64,000 bases of DNA from Candidatus Binatia bacterium (GTDB lineage: Bacteria > Desulfobacterota > Binatia > UBA9968), in the NCBI GenBank assembly GCA_036004365.1, contig DASYRN010000195.1, positions 4,583 to 68,582 on the forward strand, written 5' to 3'. The position numbers were made by a program, and so were the translations under genes. This document shows positions 53,736-63,864 of the stretch, in pieces. The notes under the pieces were generated by a model. The model did not search any database. It saw nothing but the letters and a program-made list of their open reading frames with translations, and was not told the origin of the DNA. Each line of letters starts with the position of its first letter. Positions within the stretch are counted from its first letter, which is position 1.

Positions 53736-56003
53736 GTGTCTCATCAAAGCAGCATGGCTGACTTTACAGTAGTCGGTGCCCCCGTTCTGCGGGCGGAAGG
53801 TCCGGACAAAGTCACCGGCCGCACTATCTACGCCGCCGACGTTAACCTACCTGGCCTGCTCTGGGGCAAGATCATCCGCAGTCCCTACCCCCACGCTCGT
53901 ATCCTCCGCATCGACACCTCCAAAGCCCGGCAAGTCCCGGGCGTGAGAGCCGTCATTACCGGCCCGGAGATCCGAGGCCACTTCATGGGCAAAATGATCC
54001 GCGACATGCCCGTCCTCTGCTGGGATGTGGCGCGCTTCGTCGGGGATAGGGTGGCGGCCGTGGCTGCCGAAACACTCGAAGCCGCCGAAGAGGCCTTGAA
54101 CCTTGTCTACGTGGAGTACGATCAACTGCCGTCGGTCTTCGATCCGCTCGAGGCGATGCAACCTGACGCTCCGCGCATCCACGAAGACGTCGCAGGTTAC
54201 GACGGCGCACCTGAAGAGCGGCTGGCCCTGGATGTGCACAACGGCCTGACCCGCCTGGCGTGGCGCAAGGGCGACTTAGAGCGGGGCTTTCGCGAAGCGG
54301 ACTTGGTGTTGGAGCATACCTTTCGTATCCCTGGTCGTCACCAGGGTTACCTTGAGCCTCACGCGGGCGTGGTTGCAATTGAACCTGATGGCCGCATCCA
54401 AGTATGGGCATCTGTCAAGAATCCTTTCGGCATTCGCACACAGCTGGCCAAAGCGATAGGGGAGCCTGAAGAGCGAATCCGCGTCAACGTGGTCAACGTG
54501 GGCGGAGAGTTCGGCGGCAAAGGTGACGCTTTTGATCTACCCGTTGCGTACTTCCTCGCTCGGCAGTCGGGACGGCCGGTGAAGATCGTCATGACCTACG
54601 CCGAGGAGCTGACCGCGAGCAATCCCGCTCATCCTACGGTTGTTACCTTGCGCAGCGGGGTGAAGCGAGACGGCCGCATCGTGGCCCGATATTTCAGGGC
54701 GATCCATGCGAGCGGCGCCTATGGCGCGCTTAAGGCCAATGCCTCTCTAGCTACCTGGCATTATGTCGGCGGCCCCTACAGGGTCGAGAATGGATTCTTC
54801 GAGTTTCTTCAGGTTTACACCAACACTGTCCCTGGAGGTTATTTCCGCAGTCCTGGGTCAGTGCCGACATTCTTCGCCCTGGAATCCCACACGGATATCC
54901 TCGCTCAGGAGTTGGGCATGGACCCCGCCGAGTTCCGATTGAGGAACCTGATCGGCGAAGGAGAAGAAGACGCCATCGGCCAGCGGCTCCGCAGCGTCCG
55001 ATTCCGTGAAGTTCTTGAGGCGGCCTTGGATGCCGCGGGCTGGAAGCAGCCAAAGCCGCGTCGCAACTATGGCCGCGGTATCGCGCTTTACGGCCGTCAC
55101 ATCAGCGGCGGCGACACCGGGGTCATCCTTGCTGCAGAATCCGATGGCAGCTTTACCGTGATAAGCCCGACCTTCGACCAAGGCGCGGGCACCCATACGA
55201 TCTTGCGGCAGCTTGTGGCTGAGGAAATGCGGGTCCCCGTCGAGCAGGTGCGGGTGATGGCTGGCGACACCGATATCGCTCCACGCGATAGCGGCGCCCG
55301 GGCAAGCAGAGTAACTTACGTCGCCGGCCGCGCAACCGTTCGAGCTTGTGGCGAGATGCGGGCGCAGCTATTGGCTCAAGCTGCGCACCTGTTGGAGTGC
55401 CGCCCTGAGGAGATGGTCTTCCGCGACGCTAAGTTCTGGCTCCGGCATGATCCCAACCAACAGGTAAGCTTGAGGAGGGTGGTCGCCCGGGCTGGAGGTC
55501 GCCCAACCGTCACCATTCATGAGGATCTTCCCCAGCCCGACGATGTAACCTACTTCTGTGCGCAGGCCGCTCAAGTTGAGGTCGACCCGGAGACGGGAAA
55601 GATGAAAATCAACCGGCTCGTTACCGCGCACGATGTGGGGACGATCATCAACCCCAACACCCATCAGGGGCAGATCGACGGCGGTGTGATCATGGGGTTA
55701 GGACAAGCTCTCATGGAAGAGCTGTTCATCGACGGCGGCAAGGTCATCAATGCCAACCTCGGGGACTACAAGCTTCCCACGGCCGCTGACGTCGCTGAGC
55801 TCAAAACCGTGCTCGTGCACTCAAACGGCGGCTTGGCGCCGTTCGAAGCTAAGGCGATCGGCGAATTCGCTAACAACAGTGCTCCTGCCGCCATTGCTAA
55901 CGCGGTGGCCGATGCGGTGGGAGCGCGTCTATTCGAGTTGCCCATTACCGCCGAAAAGATCTACCGGATTCTGAATGACAAAAGCGGTAGAGAAGGAAAA
56001 TAA
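53736..56003 (+). CDS. xanthine dehydrogenase-family molybdopterin-binding large subunit (aldehyde oxidase/CoxL-like), orphan
   Basis: 755 aa. N-terminal a/b-hammerhead (…FTVVGAPVLRAEGPDKVTGRTIYAAD…), then Mo-binding segments (GGEFGGKG, ...AHDVGTIINP...). No FeS or FAD subunit genes adjacent. Confidence 0.8.
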   Translation: MSHQSSMADFTVVGAPVLRAEGPDKVTGRTIYAADVNLPGLLWGKIIRSPYPHARILRIDTSKARQVPGVRAVITGPEIRGHFMGKMIRDMPVLCWDVARFVGDRVAAVAAETLEAAEEALNLVYVEYDQLPSVFDPLEAMQPDAPRIHEDVAGYDGAPEERLALDVHNGLTRLAWRKGDLERGFREADLVLEHTFRIPGRHQGYLEPHAGVVAIEPDGRIQVWASVKNPFGIRTQLAKAIGEPEERIRVNVVNVGGEFGGKGDAFDLPVAYFLARQSGRPVKIVMTYAEELTASNPAHPTVVTLRSGVKRDGRIVARYFRAIHASGAYGALKANASLATWHYVGGPYRVENGFFEFLQVYTNTVPGGYFRSPGSVPTFFALESHTDILAQELGMDPAEFRLRNLIGEGEEDAIGQRLRSVRFREVLEAALDAAGWKQPKPRRNYGRGIALYGRHISGGDTGVILAAESDGSFTVISPTFDQGAGTHTILRQLVAEEMRVPVEQVRVMAGDTDIAPRDSGARASRVTYVAGRATVRACGEMRAQLLAQAAHLLECRPEEMVFRDAKFWLRHDPNQQVSLRRVVARAGGRPTVTIHEDLPQPDDVTYFCAQAAQVEVDPETGKMKINRLVTAHDVGTIINPNTHQGQIDGGVIMGLGQALMEELFIDGGKVINANLGDYKLPTAADVAELKTVLVHSNGGLAPFEAKAIGEFANNSAPAAIANAVADAVGARLFELPITAEKIYRILNDKSGREGK

Positions 56004-56005
56004 TG

Positions 56006-56392
56006 CTAGGATTCGAGATCGGCGATTTCAAAAACCTTCTCTGCGATCTGGAGTCCCTCCCAGGCCGCAGGGAAGCCGGCGTAGGGTGCTATCTGGAGCA
56101 AGGTCTCGATGATCTCTTCGCGTGTCGCGCCATTTTTTAGAGCCATCCGGATGTTGAGCTCGAGTCCTTGAACGCGGCCGAGGGCGGCGAGTGCGGAGAT
56201 GGTGCAGAGGCTCTTGATCTTCAAGGGTAGCCCGCTTCTGGACCAGATCTCGCCGGCGAGGAACTCGACGACATAGCGCTCGAAATCCGGCGCGAGCCTT
56301 TGCCATCTCTTTCGCGTCTCCTCCGCTTTCTTTTCTCCTAACATTTGCTTTAGAAGTTTGAGTCCTCTCTGATATCGTTCTTCGATCTGCAT
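56006..56392 (-). CDS. carboxymuconolactone decarboxylase (CMD) family protein
   Basis: 128 aa, ...IAPYAGFPAAWEGLQIAEKVF, a gamma-CMD-like C-terminus. Confidence 0.6.
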   Translation of the reverse strand: MQIEERYQRGLKLLKQMLGEKKAEETRKRWQRLAPDFERYVVEFLAGEIWSRSGLPLKIKSLCTISALAALGRVQGLELNIRMALKNGATREEIIETLLQIAPYAGFPAAWEGLQIAEKVFEIADLES

Positions 56393-56402
56393 CTTGTTCT
56401 CC

Positions 56403-57182
56403 TTAGAGTTTGTAGCCGGAGCATACGTTGAAGACCTGGCCGGTGATGTTGTCCCCTTCCTTGGAAGCCAGAAACAGCGCCATCCGCGCGACGTCTTCTT
56501 CTTCGACCATCCTTCCGAGCGCGAGAGAGCGGAGATAATCTTCTTCGGTTTCGGCGATGGATTGGCTCCTGCTCCTCGCGCGCGCTTCGATGATCCGCTT
56601 CATCCTGTTTCCGGAGACGGGCCCCGGCGCGATCGCGTTTACCCGGACGTTGTACGAGCCAACCTCGGCGGCAAGCGTGCGCGTAAGCGCGATCAAGCCG
56701 GCTTTGGAAACGGCGTAGGGAGAGCGCAACGGATAGGCTCGCTGGGCGGCGACCGAAGAGATGTTGATGATCTTTCCGCTCTTCCGCTCGATCATTCCAG
56801 GCATAACGGCCTTGCAGCAGAGAAATGAGCCGGTGAGATTCACCGCGATCTCTTCGTTCCACGCCTGCAAGCCAAGCTCAGCCACAGGAGCGGTGGTGGA
56901 ACGAAAGACGGCAGCATTGTTGATCAGGAGATCGATTCGGCTAAAACTTTTTAACGAGGCTTTAATCGTGTCATCAACCTCGCGCTCGTTGGCCACGTCC
57001 ACTTTGTGAACGACGCAGCGTCGAGAGAGCGCCTGAACCTCCTTTCGCACAAGCTCCAGCTCATCAGCTCTGGGCCCCAGAACCACCAGATCGGCTCCCT
57101 CCTGGGCAAAGAGAAGGCCGGTTTGCTTGCCGATCCCAGTTCCGCCTCCGGTAATGACGGCTATCTTGCCTTCGAGTCTCAT
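56403..57182 (-). CDS. SDR-family oxidoreductase (FabG-like)
   Basis: TGGGTGIG Rossmann motif, NNAA, and the catalytic YxxxK (YAVSKAG). Confidence 0.8.
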   Translation of the reverse strand: MRLEGKIAVITGGGTGIGKQTGLLFAQEGADLVVLGPRADELELVRKEVQALSRRCVVHKVDVANEREVDDTIKASLKSFSRIDLLINNAAVFRSTTAPVAELGLQAWNEEIAVNLTGSFLCCKAVMPGMIERKSGKIINISSVAAQRAYPLRSPYAVSKAGLIALTRTLAAEVGSYNVRVNAIAPGPVSGNRMKRIIEARARSRSQSIAETEEDYLRSLALGRMVEEEDVARMALFLASKEGDNITGQVFNVCSGYKL

Positions 57183-57248
57183 CGATTCCTTTCTGAAACC
57201 TTTCTAATCAAGGATGAAAAGTCGATAGCGTATGTGGAATAAAGAAGC

Positions 57249-57956
57249 CTAGTGCAAAAGAGTCTGCGCCAAACGAAAGCCGTAGTCGGCATAGTTAAAG
57301 GTCGGAGGCAGAGAGCTTCTCGCGGCGCAGCGGCTGAATTTGATTCGGTGGCGCCACGAGCCTCCCCGTGAAGCGCGCCTCTGTCCGGAGGAGGGGCCCT
57401 GCGGATTTTTCTCCGGCGAATAGTGATAGTAACCGGAATCGTAGTAATCGCTGCACCACTCGTGAACCCCCCCGCTCATATCGTAGAGCTCGAAGTCGTT
57501 AGGCACATTGGCGCCTACCCGCTGTGGCCCGCCGGTCTTCGGATCATAACCGAGGTAGGGCCTCTCCCAGGGCGGCTCATCGCCCCAGGGATAGAGAGAG
57601 CCCTCGCGCTGGCCCCGTGCCGCCCGCTCCCACTCAGCCTCGGTGGGGAGGCGGAACATTTTGCCCGTTCGCTTGCCTAGCCAGGCACAGTATGCCGTCG
57701 CATCGTTCCAACTGACGCCTACGACCGGCTGATCAGGATCTGAGAACATCGGATCGGACCAGAAAGGTGGAGTTGGGGCTTGGGTCTCCTCGACACAAAT
57801 TCTGTACTCTCGGTTGGTGACAGGAAATCTCGCTAGGCCAAAGCCATCGAGCCATACTCGGTGACGGGGCGTCTCGTTTTCCTGTCCATTGTCGCTTCCC
57901 ATCAAAAAGAAACCTTCAGGGACCACGACCATCTCAGGCCTCGATGCAAGAAGCAT
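57249..57956 (-). CDS. formylglycine-generating-enzyme (FGE/SUMF1) domain protein
   Basis: ...RLPTEAEWERAARG... and C-terminal RGGSW, hallmarks of the FGE-sulfatase domain. Confidence 0.7.
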   Translation of the reverse strand: MLLASRPEMVVVPEGFFLMGSDNGQENETPRHRVWLDGFGLARFPVTNREYRICVEETQAPTPPFWSDPMFSDPDQPVVGVSWNDATAYCAWLGKRTGKMFRLPTEAEWERAARGQREGSLYPWGDEPPWERPYLGYDPKTGGPQRVGANVPNDFELYDMSGGVHEWCSDYYDSGYYHYSPEKNPQGPSSGQRRASRGGSWRHRIKFSRCAARSSLPPTFNYADYGFRLAQTLLH

Positions 57957-58089
57957 GATAAGGGGAAGTTATGGCAGCTGAAAAGGAGATGTCAAGCGAG
58001 ATACGAGACATGACATGGAGCCGCAACGGCATTGATTCTCAAAGAGAGCCTATCTATTGTGGTCGGTGAACCGAGTGGTAGGAGACGCC

Positions 58090-59052
58090 ATGAACGTTTT
58101 GATCACGGGTGGGACTGGAGTCAATGGCGCGGCAACCGCGCGGCTTCTTGTGTCGGAGAAGATTCGCCCGGTCCTCCTAGATAACCGGGCGGACATCTCG
58201 TTGATCAGGGATATCCGAGATCATGTGGAGTTGGTGGAAGGAGACGTTCTATCTCCTGAATTGCTGGCGCAAGTCGTCAAGGACTACCGTGTTACCCACA
58301 TCGCCCACCTTGCAGCTCTTATGCCCGGTCCGGCGGAAGCAAATCCTCGGCTCGCGGTTAGAGTGAGCATAGATGGAACCGTTAATGTCCTGGAGACCGC
58401 GCGCTCCTGCGGGATCCACCGCGTTGTTTTTACTAGCTCCAAGGCCGTATACGGGGAGTTTTTGGGAAAGTTTGGTCCTCCTGATTTTATTCCCGTGGCC
58501 GAGGATCATCCGACAAATCCCGCCGATCTTTACGGCGTCATCAAAGTCTGCTGCGAGGATATAGGCAGTTACTCCCGGACTAGGTATGGTGTTGAATTTG
58601 TCGCGCTGCGCTTCTCCACGATCTATGGACCGGGCAAGGAGGCGCGCCACGGGGCCTATTCCTTCTACGGGCAACTGATCGAAAAAGTCATGTCCGGGGA
58701 GGAAGTGCGTCTCGCCGAAGGAGGCGACCAGCTCAACGACACGGTCTATGTCGGCGATGTGGCGAGGGCCATCCTGTGCGCGCTTCGGGCGGAAGGGTTG
58801 AAGCAATGGGTTTTTAATATCGGATCGGGCAAAGGCTCCACGCCACGGGAATTCGGCAGGGTATTAAAAGACATGTTTCCTGAGTCCAAGCTGGAGATGG
58901 GACCCGGTCAAAGCAGCTTGGGAAGGACCAAGCAAAGCTACTGTATTTTCGACATAGCGGCAGCCAGAGCGCATCTCGGTTATGACCCTCTCTACGATGT
59001 CGAAGGAGGCGTCCGCGACTATGTACAGACCATAAGACGATTGCGCGGCTAG
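58090..59052 (+). CDS. NAD-dependent epimerase/dehydratase family protein
   Basis: MNVLITGGTGVNG (GxxGxxG). YxxxK in YGVIKVC. Start moved to the ATG behind GGTAGGAG. Confidence 0.75.
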   Translation: MNVLITGGTGVNGAATARLLVSEKIRPVLLDNRADISLIRDIRDHVELVEGDVLSPELLAQVVKDYRVTHIAHLAALMPGPAEANPRLAVRVSIDGTVNVLETARSCGIHRVVFTSSKAVYGEFLGKFGPPDFIPVAEDHPTNPADLYGVIKVCCEDIGSYSRTRYGVEFVALRFSTIYGPGKEARHGAYSFYGQLIEKVMSGEEVRLAEGGDQLNDTVYVGDVARAILCALRAEGLKQWVFNIGSGKGSTPREFGRVLKDMFPESKLEMGPGQSSLGRTKQSYCIFDIAAARAHLGYDPLYDVEGGVRDYVQTIRRLRG

Positions 59053-59055
59053 GAT

Positions 59056-59532
59056 CTAAGTCGCTGAATCGCTCTGGCCTTTTGCTATTTCGACCAGCTC
59101 CTTGAGTTTTTCCAAATACCTTCTTGCGTTTGGCTTACCAAAGCGGAGGATGACGTAAATCAACATCCGAAATAAAATATTGATTCCGGAAGTGTGGATC
59201 TCGATTCTTTGCTCTAGAAAGGTCCCGCCATCGTTTTGACTCAGCTCGTAGACTTCATCGACGTAACCGTCTCGAGGCAGTCTGCCTTCGCTGTGACGGA
59301 TGACGAGTTTCTCGGGTCTTCGGTATTCTGTGACTCGCGCCAGAAAGGTACTCTGTTTTTTTCCCATGACATAGGTGATGCGATATTGATAACCTATGGA
59401 TTGCTCACCCCAGGAGATGGGATCAACAGTCAGGATATTGGGATTCCAAGATCTTCTCCGCTCCGGATCTTTGATGAAAGGCCAGATCTTCTCTGGAGAG
59501 CTGGTGATTTGAACCGTGTCCCTTAAGACCAA
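59056..59532 (-). CDS. SRPBCC (polyketide cyclase / START-like) family protein
   Basis: 158 aa. ...SPEKIWPFIKDPERRRSWNP... typical of SRPBCC/AHSA1-like proteins. Confidence 0.55.
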   Translation of the reverse strand: MVLRDTVQITSSPEKIWPFIKDPERRRSWNPNILTVDPISWGEQSIGYQYRITYVMGKKQSTFLARVTEYRRPEKLVIRHSEGRLPRDGYVDEVYELSQNDGGTFLEQRIEIHTSGINILFRMLIYVILRFGKPNARRYLEKLKELVEIAKGQSDSAT

Positions 59533-59566
59533 GCCGTGAGCTTCTCTTCGTCCTGTTAACGACCGG

Positions 59567-60172
59567 CTAGGTTGCCTTCTCCTTCATCCTTTTCAGGAGC
59601 TCTTCAAAGGATGAGTTAACGATCACGCGGTGGAACTGGGAGCGATAGTTGTTGACCAGGCTGATGTTTTCGGCGACGACATCATAAATCCTCCATTTCC
59701 CGTCTACGAGGTGGAGCTTATAGTCGACGGTATAGGATTCCCCCTTTTTGCTGACGACCTTCGTGCCGACGTCAGCGTAGTTTTTCTCGATGGTCTCTCG
59801 GGTATAAACAACCTTCTGACCCTCGTAGAGGTCGATTCTTTCCGCGTAGGTCTTTTCCAAGAGTTCCGTAAAGAGAGAAACAAACTCTTTCTGCTGTTGC
59901 GGGTTGAGACGGCGCCAATGGGAACCCAGTGAGCGCCTGGCCATTTCACTGAAGTCGAACAAGGGATAGACGATTTCCCGTAGCTGGTTGATCGCCTCCG
60001 CCTTTTGTTTCTGGCTATCGAGCCTCGAGCGGTCGAGAATCTCGACGCCTTGATTGATGGCTGATCGTATCTGCTCCGTTGGCTCCCCGGCGCTGATAGG
60101 CAGAGAGCTGGAGAGCACCAGCATCGCCACGACGAGAACGTAAAGACCGATTGCTTTCATATTGTTAAACAC
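59567..60172 (-). CDS. mlaC: MlaC/Ttg2D-family phospholipid-binding periplasmic protein
   Basis: Signal peptide, then ...EQIRSAINQGVEILD...REIVYPLFDFSEMARRSLGSHWRRL...QQQKEFVSLFTELLEKTY..., the MlaC signature. Confidence 0.6.
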   Translation of the reverse strand: MFNNMKAIGLYVLVVAMLVLSSSLPISAGEPTEQIRSAINQGVEILDRSRLDSQKQKAEAINQLREIVYPLFDFSEMARRSLGSHWRRLNPQQQKEFVSLFTELLEKTYAERIDLYEGQKVVYTRETIEKNYADVGTKVVSKKGESYTVDYKLHLVDGKWRIYDVVAENISLVNNYRSQFHRVIVNSSFEELLKRMKEKAT

Positions 60173-60360
60173 CTCGAATTTAATATCCTTTGAACTTTAT
60201 ACGAAACGGCAAACGGATCAAGAAGAAACCAGTTTAGATTCTGGAATTTTGTTCACGGCGCTGCAGCGTGCGGCGGCACTTCATGAGGGTTTTTCGGAAA
60301 ATCACAGAGAACCGCGGCTGATTCTGAGTTGATGCGAGGCATGGAAAGCGTGGGCCAAGC

Positions 60361-61845
60361 TTATCCCGGCCGGTTCGGTTTGCCTATGAATCCGGGCCCG
60401 AAGCCGGCCTCGTGGGCGGCCCAACCACCGGCGACGCGGCCGCTGAATATTGAGGGGCCGAGCATGGTGCCTTCCAACCCAGCCCGCCCGTTGATGTGGC
60501 CTCCGGCCATGCCCGCGACTTCGCCTGCCGCGTAGAGGCCGGGGATCGGCTCGAAATACCTGTTGAGGACGCGGCATCGGATGTCGGTCTTGACCCCGCC
60601 GAAGTTCTTCCGCGCCAGAGGAAAAAGCTGGATCCCATAGTAGGGCGGGGTGTCGAATTTCTTGGATTGCTTAAGCGACTTGCCGAAAGCAGGCTCTTTC
60701 TCCCGTCCCGCATCGAACGCCTCGTTATATTTTTCCACTTCGCGAAGAAAGCTCGGTACGTCAACCTCAATCTTTCGCGCCAGCTCGTCGAGCGTGTTCG
60801 CCTTGCGGATGTAGGGAGAGTTGTCGAGCAGCTCGTGCACTTTGTCGCGCCGTACTTTATCGCCGTCGCGATAGTAAGGATCGGCCACCTCCATTTTTGC
60901 CGTCATGGGGGTATCGAGGATCGCCCACGCATGCGGGGGATTCTGTCTCAAGAGCGCGGGCGTCGCTGAGGCCCCACCGGTGCGCGACTCGTCGTGAAAG
61001 CGGCGTCCTTGCTGATTGACCCAGATGTAGCCTGGCGTGAGACGAAAAACCAGGCCGCGCCTTCCTTTGGGGTCGCGGTAGTCCGGCGTCGCGTAGACGT
61101 AGAACCAGATATTTTCCATGTGGGTCAAGTAGCCGCCCAACTCGCGAATGAGCTTATGGCCGGAGCCGGTCGCGCCCTTCCCTGAGCCTTCCATGACCTT
61201 GAAGGCTTTGAACTCCGGTCTCGCTTCCAGCACCATGTCGAGATTGGAGTTGAAGCCTCCGGTAGCGACGACGACTGTTTTGCTGCGGATCTCCGTGGTT
61301 TCGCCGCTTTTGATGTCGGTGGCTCGAACACCGGACACTCTGCCGTTCTGGGTTAGGAGTTTCTCGGCTTGAGTGCGGATGAGGATCTTGGCCGCGCCTT
61401 TCGCCGCGACGGCCTTGATCAGCGCCGTCATCAATCCCAGGCCGTTGTTGTCCGGTCGATGCCACCGAAAGACCCGGTTGCCCTCCTGAAACTTCATGTC
61501 CACCCACTTCGCGCCATACTTTTCCGCCCAGAAGTAGAGGTCGTGAAGTGAATGCTCGATGTAATAGCGTGCCCACTCCTCATCGGCCGCCCCCTGTCCC
61601 CACTTCACCCAGTCTTCGAAGGCGAGATCTGGCGTGTCGTAGATTCCCTGAGACTCCTGCAGCGGGGTGCCGACGATGAAGCAGCCGCCACCGGAGATCG
61701 CGGCAGTCCCTCCCAACTTTTCGTCCTGCTCCAAAAGGACCATCTTCGCTCCGGCTTCGCCCGCCTCCAAGGCCGCGGCGACTCCGGCGCCACCCGCGCC
61801 GATGATGGCGACATCCGCTTCTAGGTGATTGTCAGCCATAGACAC
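60361..61845 (-). CDS. FAD-dependent oxidoreductase (fumarate reductase/succinate dehydrogenase flavoprotein-like; KstD/TcuA-like)
   Basis: DVAIIGAGGAGVAAALEAGEAG (GxGxxG) and C-terminal ...AAGEVAGMAGGHINGRAGLEG. Confidence 0.65.
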   Translation of the reverse strand: MSMADNHLEADVAIIGAGGAGVAAALEAGEAGAKMVLLEQDEKLGGTAAISGGGCFIVGTPLQESQGIYDTPDLAFEDWVKWGQGAADEEWARYYIEHSLHDLYFWAEKYGAKWVDMKFQEGNRVFRWHRPDNNGLGLMTALIKAVAAKGAAKILIRTQAEKLLTQNGRVSGVRATDIKSGETTEIRSKTVVVATGGFNSNLDMVLEARPEFKAFKVMEGSGKGATGSGHKLIRELGGYLTHMENIWFYVYATPDYRDPKGRRGLVFRLTPGYIWVNQQGRRFHDESRTGGASATPALLRQNPPHAWAILDTPMTAKMEVADPYYRDGDKVRRDKVHELLDNSPYIRKANTLDELARKIEVDVPSFLREVEKYNEAFDAGREKEPAFGKSLKQSKKFDTPPYYGIQLFPLARKNFGGVKTDIRCRVLNRYFEPIPGLYAAGEVAGMAGGHINGRAGLEGTMLGPSIFSGRVAGGWAAHEAGFGPGFIGKPNRPG

Positions 61846-61932
61846 TCCCTGAAGATATAATCGAACCCGTTTATCACTCTTCTCGCCGCCGGGTCAAATT
61901 GGCAGCCCCGTCCATCTATGTTTGCCAAGAGA

Positions 61933-62056
61933 CTGTGTCGCAATTAGCCGTCCGCCCTTCGAGGGCCTCAGGACGAACGGCTAAGTCTTTGAATTTCGGA
62001 GCGGCACCATCCGTTCGTGGTGAGCTTGTCGAACCATGAACGGAATTGCGACACGG
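61933..62056. repeat. about 125-bp nested imperfect palindrome (structured intergenic element)
   Basis: Outer arms GTGTCGCAATT (61936-46) and AATTGCGACAC (62044-54). Inner hairpins AGCCGT...ACGGCT and CACCA-N8-TGGTG. Confidence 0.5.
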
Positions 62057-62112
62057 TCTCTAAGACGCGAAGCAGGGGGCTTCGCCTCACCATCTATCGG
62101 CGAATGCTTGCC

Positions 62113-63864
62113 TTAGCGATTTTTTCTTTGCTCACCGAGGTGAGTCCTCACCCTCTCGGTTGCTTTAAGATCAGCCGCGCCGCCGGCGGGCTTCAAAACC
62201 ACGCCATAGTCTGCCGCTACTTCAGGTGAGATGTAGCCTTCGCGAACGTCCGCGGCGACCGCTTCCGGGTCGCGCTCAAGGGGATCGCCCCAGCCGCCGC
62301 CTCCGGCCGTGTGGAAGACGACTAGGCTTTCGGGAGAGATCGGATAGCGTGTTCTTTTAGTAACGGATTCCCAGGGAGAATTGGTTGTCCTTTGAACCCG
62401 GGCCTCGCAGATGGTGCCCGGCTGACCGCCCCAGAGGCCCCAAGGCGCGCACTTGGTGCGCTCTAAGTTGAAGTTAACCAACGCCGGATAGCGCGAGCGC
62501 ACGGCAAGCTCGACACCGAGACCGCCGCGGAAGCGCCCGGCCCCGCCGCTGTCCTGACGCAGGGAGAATTTTTCGAAGAAAAGCGGATAGCGCGATTCAA
62601 GCAACTCGATCGGCGTATTGCGCACGTCGCCCTGGCAGATGGAGACCGTTGCGCTTGGCCCGTCACCGGTCGGCCTGCCGCCCCAGCCTCCGCCCATCAT
62701 GTTGAGGCAGACGTAACGGCGGCCCGTCGATTCGTCGGTACCGTAGAGAGCAAACCCGCCCATCTCGCCTTTATGAGCCGCCGGGATTTTTTCCGGCACA
62801 GCAGAGGCGAAGGCGGCGAGCACCGTATCGATCACGGTCGGGAGCGGAATGGACCAGAGGCCCAACGCTGCCGGCGGCAGCGCGCTCAGGAATTTTCCTG
62901 GAGGCAGGATGACCCGCAGCGGCCTGAAGCAGCCCTCATCAACAGGATGAGAGGGCAGGGTCAAAGCCTTGAAGGCGACTCGGGCCGCAGCGATCCCGCC
63001 TGAGATGCCGCAGTTGATCGGGCCCTTGACTTGGCCGGCGACATCGGAGAAATCCACCGTCATTTCCTCGCCGTGGACGCGGACGGTTACTCGGACCGGC
63101 ACTGGCTTGTCCAGCTCCTGGCCGTCGTTATCCAAAAACGACTCCGCTTTGTACTCCCCGTCGGGAATCGCCGTTACCGCAAGGCGTGCAAGCTTCTCCG
63201 ACTGATTCCACATCTCTTCGATGCAGGCCTTTACGGTCTCCTTGCCGTAGCGTCGGAAAAGCTCCGTTAGTCTCCGCTCGCCCAGGCGACAGGCGGCCAA
63301 CTGCGCGCGCAGATCGCCGAGGCAAGATTCCGGGAAGCGGACATTGTCGGCGATGATCTGCCAAATATTCTCGTCCAGCTTTCCGGCGCGGTACACTTTA
63401 ATTGAGCGGAGCTGAAGGCCTTCTTCGTAGATCTCTGTGGTCTCGACCGAGCCGAAGCCGACGCGCCGGCCGCCGACATCGAGCCAGTGGGCACGGACCG
63501 CGGGGAAGGCGACCAGATCGCCATCCACGAAGCAGGGAGTGTAGACGACAACGTTGTTCAAATGCTGCCCGCAGACGTAGGGCGCGTTCATCGCGATAGC
63601 GTCACCGGGCTCGAATCCTGAAATCCCAAACTTCTCGACGCCGTCCATGACCGCTGTGCCCATGTCTGCGAGGAAAATCGGGAGGCCACCCGAATTTTGA
63701 GCGATGAGCTGCCCCTGAGAGTCGATGATGCCGATGCAGAAATCTTGGACCTCGAAGACCATGGGATTGTAGGCGGTCTTGCTCAGCACCGCGCCCATCT
63801 CGTTGGAGCAGGCGATGAATGTGCCGCGAACGATCTCCAATGTGGCAGGATCAACTTTCGGCAT
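62113..63864 (-). CDS. hyuB: hydantoinase B / oxoprolinase family protein (HyuB-like)
   Basis: 583 aa. MPKVDPATLEIVRGTFIACSNEMG... N-terminus and overall HyuB/acetone-carboxylase-alpha-like pattern. Confidence 0.75.
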   Translation of the reverse strand: MPKVDPATLEIVRGTFIACSNEMGAVLSKTAYNPMVFEVQDFCIGIIDSQGQLIAQNSGGLPIFLADMGTAVMDGVEKFGISGFEPGDAIAMNAPYVCGQHLNNVVVYTPCFVDGDLVAFPAVRAHWLDVGGRRVGFGSVETTEIYEEGLQLRSIKVYRAGKLDENIWQIIADNVRFPESCLGDLRAQLAACRLGERRLTELFRRYGKETVKACIEEMWNQSEKLARLAVTAIPDGEYKAESFLDNDGQELDKPVPVRVTVRVHGEEMTVDFSDVAGQVKGPINCGISGGIAAARVAFKALTLPSHPVDEGCFRPLRVILPPGKFLSALPPAALGLWSIPLPTVIDTVLAAFASAVPEKIPAAHKGEMGGFALYGTDESTGRRYVCLNMMGGGWGGRPTGDGPSATVSICQGDVRNTPIELLESRYPLFFEKFSLRQDSGGAGRFRGGLGVELAVRSRYPALVNFNLERTKCAPWGLWGGQPGTICEARVQRTTNSPWESVTKRTRYPISPESLVVFHTAGGGGWGDPLERDPEAVAADVREGYISPEVAADYGVVLKPAGGAADLKATERVRTHLGEQRKNR

